64,000 bases of DNA, from positions 29,972-93,971 of the forward strand of contig JAGDDE010000029.1 of the NCBI GenBank assembly GCA_017958185.1. Direction: 5' to 3'. Positions 29,700 through 36,291 of the stretch are shown here, in pieces. Below the pieces are notes generated by a model. It saw only the letters and a list, made by a program, of their open reading frames with translations, had not been told where the DNA came from and made no database searches. The DNA comes from Lachnospiraceae bacterium (GTDB taxonomy: Bacteria > Bacillota > Clostridia > Lachnospirales > Lachnospiraceae). Positions within the stretch are counted from its first letter, which is position 1; each line of letters begins with the position of its first letter. The translations under genes and the position numbers were made by a program.

Positions 29700-29751
29700 G
29701 CTTGACATTCGTTCGGTACCGAAGTATAATGCAGACAGTTCGGTACCGAAC
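29700..29751 (+). promoter_or_regulatory. Promoter-operator copy 1: TTGACA-17-TATAAT with two TTCGGTACCGAA palindromes
   Basis: -35 at 29702-29707 and -10 at 29725-29730. 12-bp palindromes at 29712-29723 (in the spacer) and 29739-29750 (just downstream). Confidence 0.7.
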
Positions 29752-29874
29752 CATCAGGGCCGGTTCCCGGTGGACCCACAGACCGCAGGAGCCGGCCCGC
29801 CGAACGAAACTGCTGTCCGTCTTCCGGAACTCCCGGATCGTTCCCAAAAAGAATTTTCAGAAATTGAAAAAACT

Positions 29875-29925
29875 GCTTGACATTCGTTCGGTACCGAAGT
29901 ATAATGCAGACAGTTCGGTACCAAA
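29875..29925 (+). promoter_or_regulatory. Promoter-operator copy 2 (identical 48-bp core), proximal to the MarR gene
   Basis: 48/48 identity with 29700-29747. Palindromes at 29887-29898 and 29914-29925 (TTCGGTACCAAA, one mismatch). Confidence 0.7.
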
Positions 29926-30133
29926 CCAATCAGCACAGCTGCTCGTGCCGCTTCCGGCCGAAACACCCCGCCTCCGCGACAAACAGAATACCGCCTGCCC
30001 CGGGCAGGACCTGCCGGAAGCCCCTTTGCCCTATTTGGACCGTCATCCAATGACGCACTTCACAGAAAAACAAACCGCCTGATCATGATCGCTCCCTTTG
30101 CGGAGCAGCTTACGAAAGAAAGGAGAAACCACT

Positions 30134-31324
30134 ATGACTGACGAGATCAAAACCACCAATTCCCTGTATGCCGACGATGTGACCGAAAACACTGCTGCGG
30201 ACCGTACCGCAGATCCCGCTGAAACTGCTGACGCCGCTTCCGCTGCGAGCGGAGAATCCCGTGTAATTTGGGCGGCCCTCAAGATTGCCCGCGCCATGCG
30301 GCGCAGCGCTCCCCGCAAAAATGCCCCGGCCTTCCCGCCTGCGGTCGGACGTGCCCTGCATGTGATTGCCCGGAATGAGAACATCAGCTCCCGCGAACTG
30401 TGCGAGAAGCTGGACGTGCGCCCCTCTTCCCTCTCCGAACTGCTGGCCCGTATGGAGGCCCGCGGCCTGATCGTCCGCACGCCGGATGAGAACGACCGCC
30501 GGATCGTTCGGATCGCCCTGAGCGAGACCGCCAAAACGGATCTGGCTGCCCGCAGGGCCGACCGCAAGGCTGAAGTGGAGAAGCTCACTGCCTGCTTCAC
30601 CGCCGAGGAAGCTGCCGCGTTCGTCGCGCTGGCTGACAAACTGAGCGCCCATCTGGAAGCGCTGGCCGGCGAAGACGGTGACGGCAATGACAACGGTCCG
30701 CGCGGCGGGCACGGCTACAGAGGCGGCCACGGCAGGGGTCCCATCGGCGGCGGACGCGGCAGAGCGCCGTTCGAGGGCCGCAAGGCTCCGTTCGAAGGCC
30801 GCTGCAAGGCCCCCTTTGAGGGCAGAAAGCCCGGCTTTAGCTGCAAGAGCGGTTTCGAAGGCCGCAAGGCTCCGTTCGAAGGCCGCTGCAAGGCCCCCTT
30901 TGAGGGCAGAAAGCCCGGCTTTGGCTGCAAGAGCGGTTTCGAAGGCCGCAAGGCTCCGTTCGAAGGCTGTTGCAAGGCTTCCTTTGAGGGCAGAAAGCCC
31001 GGCTTCAGCTGCAAGGCTCACGGCAACTGGCACCGCGGCCCTGTCCACAGTGGCTGCCGCAGAGGCCCGGCCCGTTTTGCGCACAGAGCTCCCGGTTTCG
31101 GCCCGAAAGCGCTCCGCTTCGGCGGCATGCGCCCCGGCTTTGATCCCCGCTGCGCGGGGATGACGGCCCCCTGGGCTGCGGCTGCTCCCGTGTATGGCGC
31201 GTATCCCGTACTTCCCTTCGCTCCCGCTTTCCCCGGCCGTCCGTTCTATGCCGGTGTCCGGACTCCGGTCCGTCCCGTGTATCCGGCCGCTCCGTACGGC
31301 TTTGCCGGCCGGACCCGGATCTGA
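30134..31324 (+). CDS. MarR-family transcriptional regulator fused to an RGG-rich, Cys-containing tandem-repeat C-terminal tail
   Basis: ATG 30134 with AAAGGAG RBS. wHTH ISSRELCEKLDVRPSSLSELLARMEARGLIVRTPDENDRRIVRIALSE. About 200 extra residues follow (GPRGGHGYRGGHGRGP.., 3 x 28-aa FEGRKAPFEGRCKAPFEGRKPGFSCKSG, then a P/Y/F/A-rich end). Confidence 0.8.
   Translation: MTDEIKTTNSLYADDVTENTAADRTADPAETADAASAASGESRVIWAALKIARAMRRSAPRKNAPAFPPAVGRALHVIARNENISSRELCEKLDVRPSSLSELLARMEARGLIVRTPDENDRRIVRIALSETAKTDLAARRADRKAEVEKLTACFTAEEAAAFVALADKLSAHLEALAGEDGDGNDNGPRGGHGYRGGHGRGPIGGGRGRAPFEGRKAPFEGRCKAPFEGRKPGFSCKSGFEGRKAPFEGRCKAPFEGRKPGFGCKSGFEGRKAPFEGCCKASFEGRKPGFSCKAHGNWHRGPVHSGCRRGPARFAHRAPGFGPKALRFGGMRPGFDPRCAGMTAPWAAAAPVYGAYPVLPFAPAFPGRPFYAGVRTPVRPVYPAAPYGFAGRTRI
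30770..31021 (+). repeat. Three tandem 84-bp (28-codon) in-frame repeats inside the MarR-family gene
   Basis: Units start at 30770, 30854 and 30938, nearly identical at the DNA level. Confidence 0.9.
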
Positions 31325-31379
31325 AACAGGGAAGGCGGCTGCCGGACCGCTGAGGAACGCGCTTCCGGATCCTGACTGC

Positions 31380-31425
31380 AACGAAAACACGGCCCGGGGC
31401 TGATGCCCCGGGCCGTGTTTTCGTT
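31380..31425. terminator. Bidirectional terminator between convergent genes
   Basis: 21-bp perfect inverted repeat AACGAAAACACGGCCCGGGGC-TGAT-GCCCCGGGCCGTGTTTTCGTT. Confidence 0.8.
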
Positions 31426-31442
31426 GTATCGGGCGCTGCCGC

Positions 31443-32186
31443 TCATCGGCGCGCTTCTGCCTCTCCCAGCCGTACCACGGCGTGAATCACCGTCCGGCTT
31501 TCATCCAGAAGGTAGACCGTCTCGCAGGTCTCTTCGTGCACATACACCAGATGCACCAGTTCGTGCGGCTTGATCTCATGCCGGTAGCTGATCTCCACAC
31601 GGGAAAAATGCCGGCGGTCCAGGCCTTCCGGCAGCACCTCCGCCGCCAGATCCAGATAGGAGGGGTTGTGCACATGATGATTGCAGTCGATCATGCACTT
31701 GGGGATCCGGAAGTCCAGTTCCGCATCTGCCGGCGGGATCTGACGTTCCTTTTTGGGAAAACGGTAATCCGGGAACAGCCGGTGTTCCGGTTCCGGCTCG
31801 TAGCAGTCGATGATCTCCGGTGTGATGCGCAGCATCTGCCAGGTATCGGTATTCATGACGACCCAGACCGAAGTGGCCGCTGCCAGCCGCTCTCCGTCCG
31901 CGTTCAGCATCTCCACGTCACGGAAGCCCTGCAGCAGGGTATTGTCGCGGGCCCAGGTGCGCATGCGCACGGTATCGCCGCTCCTTGGGCGCCGATAGAC
32001 TTCCAGCATCCATCCGAGGACCACCCAGCCCCGGCGGATTCGGGGCCGGTCGAGCAGCCCCTCGCCCACCAGGGAGGCATGGTGATTGACCATGTTGGTC
32101 ATAGCCTCCAGAATGGCCCGGTCCGTCATAAGATCGTCCGCGCCGATGTCCTGGAGCCCCACGTAAAACTCATGTTCCGCCTGCAT
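31443..32186 (-). CDS. Acyl-ACP thioesterase
   Basis: 247-aa ORF whose double hot-dog pattern (..GWVVLGWMLEVYRRPRSGDTVRMRTWA..) matches my memory of the FatA/B-like bacterial family. Confidence 0.8.
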   Translation of the reverse strand: MQAEHEFYVGLQDIGADDLMTDRAILEAMTNMVNHHASLVGEGLLDRPRIRRGWVVLGWMLEVYRRPRSGDTVRMRTWARDNTLLQGFRDVEMLNADGERLAAATSVWVVMNTDTWQMLRITPEIIDCYEPEPEHRLFPDYRFPKKERQIPPADAELDFRIPKCMIDCNHHVHNPSYLDLAAEVLPEGLDRRHFSRVEISYRHEIKPHELVHLVYVHEETCETVYLLDESRTVIHAVVRLGEAEARR

Positions 32187-32220
32187 AACTCATCCTTTCC
32201 GGCCGCGCCGGCCGAAAGGT

Positions 32221-33480
32221 TCAGCGCGCAGCCAGCACTTCTTTTTCGTAGCGTTCCACTTCTTCAAACCAGCAGCCGTCCGCCGGTTTGCCCTGCCGGC
32301 AGCAGAACTCTTCCCAGACTTCGCCGAACGGAAGGACTTTCAGTTCTTCCTGACGGACCATGAGTTCCGTGAACCGGCCTTTATCCTGCAGGGTCTTAAA
32401 ACAGTCGCAGGGGTTGAGCAGCGCGGAAAGCAGCGCCTTCTGCGTATTCCGTACGCCCACGGTCCATGCCGCGATGCGGTTGATGGAAGCGTCAAAATAA
32501 TCGAGCGCGATATTCACACGGCCGTCCAGGCCGCCGCAGCGGACGATCTCGCGGCAGATCTCGCGGGTCTCGTCATCGTACAGCACCACGTGGTCGCTGT
32601 CCCAGCGGATGGGGCGGGTGACGTGCAGAGCGATCTCCGGGAAGAAGGCCAGCAGCGCGGGGATCTTGTCGGAGACGACCTCCGTGGGATGATAATGGCC
32701 GTTATCCATGAGCGGGATGCATTTGTCACGGTTCATGGCGGCATAGCTGAGGGCGAACTCCGCGGAGCCGACCGTATAGGCTTCCACACCGATGCCGAAG
32801 ACCTTGCTCTCGATGCAGGGCTTGACCAGCGCGAAATCGTAGGGTTCGGAAAGGATCTCGTCGATGGATTCGCGGTACCGAACGCGCGGCCCCAGACGGT
32901 CGCCGGGGATATCCTTGAGACCGTCGCCCGTCCAGATGTTCATGGTGCAGGGCTGGCCCAACTCTCTGGCCAGATATTCGGAAATGCGGATGCAGGCCTT
33001 GCCGTGACGGATCCAGAAATCGCGAGTCTCTTTCTTGGGGGAAGACAGCGTGAGCGGATCGCACATGGGATGCGAGAAGAATGTGGGGTTGAAGTCCGCT
33101 CCGAGGCCGCGGGCCCTGCAGAAGTCGACCCAGGGCTTGAAATGCTTGGGCTCCAGGCAGTCGCGGTCTACCCAGCCGCCGTTTTCGTCGTTCATGATCG
33201 CGTAACTGGCGTGAAGGTTGAGCTTCAGCCTGCCGGGAACCAGTTTCAGGACTTCGTCGATGTCGGCCATCAGCTCTTCCGGCGTCCTGGCACGGCCGGG
33301 ATAATTGCCTGTCGTCTGAATGCCGCCGGTCAGCGGCTTGCTCGGGTCGGTATCGAACCCGCGTACGTCATCTCCCTGCCAGCAATGCAGCGAAATGACC
33401 GCCTGGCCCAGTTTCTTAAGCGCCGCCTCAGTATCCACACCGATCGCGGCATATCGTTTCTTAGCATCCTGATAACTCAT
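32221..33480 (-). CDS. rhaA: L-rhamnose isomerase
   Basis: 419 aa. MSYQDAKKRYAAIGVDTEAALKKL...SLHCWQGDDV N-terminus typical of RhaA. Confidence 0.9.
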   Translation of the reverse strand: MSYQDAKKRYAAIGVDTEAALKKLGQAVISLHCWQGDDVRGFDTDPSKPLTGGIQTTGNYPGRARTPEELMADIDEVLKLVPGRLKLNLHASYAIMNDENGGWVDRDCLEPKHFKPWVDFCRARGLGADFNPTFFSHPMCDPLTLSSPKKETRDFWIRHGKACIRISEYLARELGQPCTMNIWTGDGLKDIPGDRLGPRVRYRESIDEILSEPYDFALVKPCIESKVFGIGVEAYTVGSAEFALSYAAMNRDKCIPLMDNGHYHPTEVVSDKIPALLAFFPEIALHVTRPIRWDSDHVVLYDDETREICREIVRCGGLDGRVNIALDYFDASINRIAAWTVGVRNTQKALLSALLNPCDCFKTLQDKGRFTELMVRQEELKVLPFGEVWEEFCCRQGKPADGCWFEEVERYEKEVLAAR

Positions 33481-33580
33481 AGCACAGTCTCCTTACGAAG
33501 CAGTTTATACTGATATTTTACCGAAAAAGCGGCGGGAAAACAAGCCGCCGCGCAGAGAAATCCGACAGCTTTTCGACCGT

Positions 33581-34009
33581 TCACGGACGGCCTTCGTCCC
33601 GTACATCCATATGCCGGCTCATGCGTGCCAGTCCCTCCCGCGAAAAGCCCTCCCCGGCAAACGGCCGCAGGGCCAGCGCCATAAGTTTCATGGGATGATC
33701 ATCGGCCGCGATCCGGTTGGACGAGAGTTTTCCGCAGATCCGGCAGCGGTGGATGAGCGCCCATTCATTGTTTTTGCGCACCCATACGGCAATGGGATCC
33801 ATCACGCCGTGGCACTTCGAACGCCGGTCGCCCGGGGTCTCGTCCACGTGAAGGCTGCTCAGACAGTACGGACAGTGGTTGCGGTGGTCGGTGCCGGCGC
33901 CTTCCGGAACGACGCTGCGCCCGCAGACGCGGCAGGTGAAAGGATCCAGACAGGGATGCTTCTGAAAATACCCTTTGTCGAACTTTTTCTTTTTATTCTC
34001 ACGGCTCAT
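33581..34009 (-). CDS. RNHCP domain-containing zinc-ribbon protein
   Basis: Literal motif DHRNHCPYCLSSLH plus CxxC pairs (CRVCG, CRICG). GGAGGG RBS. Confidence 0.85.
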   Translation of the reverse strand: MSRENKKKKFDKGYFQKHPCLDPFTCRVCGRSVVPEGAGTDHRNHCPYCLSSLHVDETPGDRRSKCHGVMDPIAVWVRKNNEWALIHRCRICGKLSSNRIAADDHPMKLMALALRPFAGEGFSREGLARMSRHMDVRDEGRP

Positions 34010-34367
34010 CGTAGTAGCCCTCCGTGCTTCCGCTGCCGCCCATCAGCCGCGTCATTTCCCCGATCCTCTCCAGCGGGAAAGGCGGGTCAGCCAGCGGCCG
34101 GGCCGCCAGCTGCAGCAGTTTCAGGGGATTGTCCCGGGGCGCCCGGGGCGTGGCGGCCAGTTCGCCGCAAAGACTGCATTTCTGCAGGATCTCCCAGCTT
34201 CCGTCATCCTTCACCCACAGACTGATCGGCTGCAGGATGCCGCCACACTCCCACTCCTCCTGTGTCTCTTCATGCAGGCTGCAAAGACAGTTCGGGCAAT
34301 GGGCGTCTTCCTCTGCCATCTCAAAGCCGCACGAAAAGCAGCGGCGCGTTCCGGTTTCCAGGTCCAT
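33999..34367 (-). CDS. RNHCP-like zinc-ribbon paralogue (motif degenerated to DAHCPNC)
   Basis: Same Cys/His spacing (CFSCG..DAHCPNCLCSLH..CSLCG). Overlaps the downstream paralogue by 11 nt. Confidence 0.7.
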   Translation of the reverse strand: MDLETGTRRCFSCGFEMAEEDAHCPNCLCSLHEETQEEWECGGILQPISLWVKDDGSWEILQKCSLCGELAATPRAPRDNPLKLLQLAARPLADPPFPLERIGEMTRLMGGSGSTEGYYDEP

Positions 34368-34467
34368 GATCAGTTTCCTCTTTACTTTTTCCTTGAAAAA
34401 TGCTATGGTTAAGAGCAGGGTCGCATGGCCCGGCCGGAGGGAGATTTCCCCCTCGGAACATGATCCC

Positions 34468-34567
34468 GCTCTCGTAGTCTAATGGATAGAACGGTAGCCT
34501 CCTAAGGTAGACGCGGACCTTTCGCCTCGGGTCCAAAGGCGAGAGGTCAGGAGTTCGAATGAGCTCC
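34468..34567 (+). pseudogene. Disrupted tRNA-Arg(CCT)-derived element
   Basis: First 39 nt match the downstream tRNA at 38/39 positions. The 3' half is replaced by an 11-bp hairpin (34516-34548) and a TTCGAAT-containing segment. No cloverleaf can be drawn. Confidence 0.5.
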
Positions 34568-34627
34568 GTTGTAACACCAAAATATGACACCGATTTTTAG
34601 GGCATAATTGCCTTGAAAATATGAAAT

Positions 34628-34699
34628 GCTCCCGTAGTCTAATGGATAGAACGGTAGCCTCCTAAGCCACTAATCCGGGTCCGATTCCCGGCGGGAGCA
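34628..34699 (+). tRNA. tRNA-Arg (anticodon CCT) with non-canonical positions
   Basis: Hand-folded cloverleaf: acceptor GCTCCCG/CGGGAGC, anticodon loop CTCCTAA, T arm CCGGG-TCCGATT-CCCGG. Deviations are a C12-A23 mismatch, an A29-C41 mismatch and C instead of U at position 55. No encoded CCA. Confidence 0.75.
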
Positions 34700-34708
34700 T
34701 TTTCGAAA

Positions 34709-34752
34709 AGCCTGTAATACCAACGTTTTTGGCTATTACGGGCTCTTTTTTT
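34709..34752 (+). terminator. Intrinsic terminator after the tRNA
   Basis: AGCCTGTAATA...TATTACGGGCT stem followed by CTTTTTTT. Confidence 0.7.
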
Positions 34753-34878
34753 GCCCTCGTCCAGACCTTCAGTTTTCACACAACCGGCAGCCACGTCAGG
34801 CTCGCCGGTTTCTTCTATTCTTCTCCTTTTTTAGACGTCATATTCGGCATTTCGAATCGCACATTTGATGACCTCTTC

Positions 34879-34980
34879 CAGCTAACCGATTAGCAGAGGA
34901 ACCCCCCTTTCAGCTAACAGAAACGCCTCTCCAGCTAACAATAATTTTTCTCCTCATTTCGGAGCATCTTCTGCTAACAG
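34879..34980 (+). repeat. Left cluster of four C(A/T)GCTAAC(A)(G) motifs
   Basis: Motifs at 34879, 34911, 34932 and 34971. The last one sits at the tip of a roughly 37-nt hairpin (34959-34995). Confidence 0.8.
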
Positions 34981-35667
34981 AAGCGAGTGCTCCGATAATC
35001 GGCTGAACTCCCCTGAATCCCGCTAAAGAAAATTTTACAAATAGGCAGATTTTTGGAATATTTTGGCCATTTTCGAAGGCTAGTTATTGAGAGGACATTT
35101 CAATCCACGGACTTCAAACCGCCCTTCGGAATCCCTCTCACTACCTTGACAACTGAATAGCCATTCAGCAGATACGTTCCCTGCGCCGGGGTGAGGAGCC
35201 CCAAGCCAGGCTGACGGTGCGCAAAGACTCCGCTTCGGCGGACGAGCGATTGTTCCGAGCAGCAAAAACCGGATTGCTTCCGGCGGCGGCCATGACAGAC
35301 ACAGGGGATAATGATACTTCCGTCCAGTCACAGCCCCGAAAGGGATCGCGCAATGAGGGCGGTGGGCAGAGATCCTGCCCAAGGTGAGAGTCCTATGGAG
35401 CTGGCAGCAACCAGCCGTCTGATGATTTCCCGCAAGCGGGGTTCGAGGAAAAATAGCTTGCAGTAAATGAACTACAACGACAAAGGGGAAACCCTATCCT
35501 ATTTTCGGGGAGGATCCGGCAGCCAATGGCCTTCCACAAACAAGAAGACAAATGAAAAAGGGCCCGGGCCCGGATCCTTCTGTCAAGAATAACGTACCAA
35601 AAGATTCCCTGACTGTCAATACGAACAGAAGAAAGTCAGGGGATCCAGGAACGGGAAAGGAGTTTAT

Positions 35668-36099
35668 TTGACCAACAGCAAAGTAATCGCCGTCATTAAT
35701 CAGAAAGGCGGCGTTGGAAAAACAACCACAGTCATCAATCTCGGCGTGGCACTCAGCCGTGAAGGAAAGAAAGTCCTTCTCGTTGACGGTGACCCGCAAG
35801 GGAGCCTGAGCATAGGGCTCGGCAGACAGGACCCGGACAGCCTGGATGTGACCATCGCATCTTTATTGAAAGAAATTATTGAAGAAGGCACAGTATCGCC
35901 TGATGCGGGAATCCTTCATAATGAGGAAGGCGTCGATCTTCTTCCGGCCAACATCGAGCTGTCGGGTCTGGAGACCGGTCTTGTAAACGTTATGAGCCGG
36001 GAATTCGTGCTTCGGGAGCTCTTATGCCAGGTAAAAGATCGATACGACTATGTTCTGATTCTTCACTTCTCTGTTCGCTGGATCGGATTTTCGATGTAG
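35668..36099 (+). pseudogene. parA: parA (deviant Walker ATPase) truncated after about 130 codons
   Basis: TTG start with [22 protein letters not shown] Walker A. Homology ends at ..YDYVLI, where DCPPS is expected, and continues as unrelated [12 protein letters not shown] before the stop. Confidence 0.75.
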
Positions 36100-36291
36100 C
36101 TACAGTATATGTTATCAAGGGAAACAGCTATCGCGGCAAGCAGTGCGAGACGATCGCATTATCTGCCGGAGTGCCGTTATCTCTGGCGAAATCACCAGTC
36201 TAAGAAAGGAACGATTGTTGCATTGGCTGTTTCTTTTTGACTGAGTTTTGGCGAATTCCGCCCGACTCTTTTTGGCTGATTTCACCCGACT

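Noticed and set aside
29680-30082. Track ORFs spanning the duplicated promoter region (29680..29880, 29702..30082 on plus; 29539..29847, 29600..29929, 29754..30050 on minus).
   Set aside because: They run through the promoter/operator repeats and the trkH terminator, have no RBS, and their similar peptide stretches simply mirror the DNA duplication.
30770-31021. Three regularly spaced 84-bp repeats, considered as a possible CRISPR-like or other noncoding array.
   Set aside because: The units are directly adjacent with no spacers. They are in frame with the MarR ORF, 28 codons each, and encode a coherent peptide repeat.
35381-35420. AAGGTGAGAGTCC, which resembles the cobalamin-riboswitch GGTGAAAATCC block and the RNase P GAAAGUCC block.
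   Set aside because: The accompanying elements are absent: the B12 box and GCCACTG for cobalamin, and the RNase P P4 partners. The resemblance is limited to about 8 nt.
35080-35799. Minus-strand ORFs 35080..35382, 35165..35353 and 35494..35799 in the hairpin-rich region. Also a 39-codon plus-strand ORF (35552-35671) whose TGA overlaps the parA TTG start.
   Set aside because: There are no SD sequences, the composition is odd, and the third overlaps the parA start on the opposite strand. The 39-codon ORF is hydrophilic low-complexity with only a weak AAGAAG upstream. The region is better explained as structured noncoding sequence.
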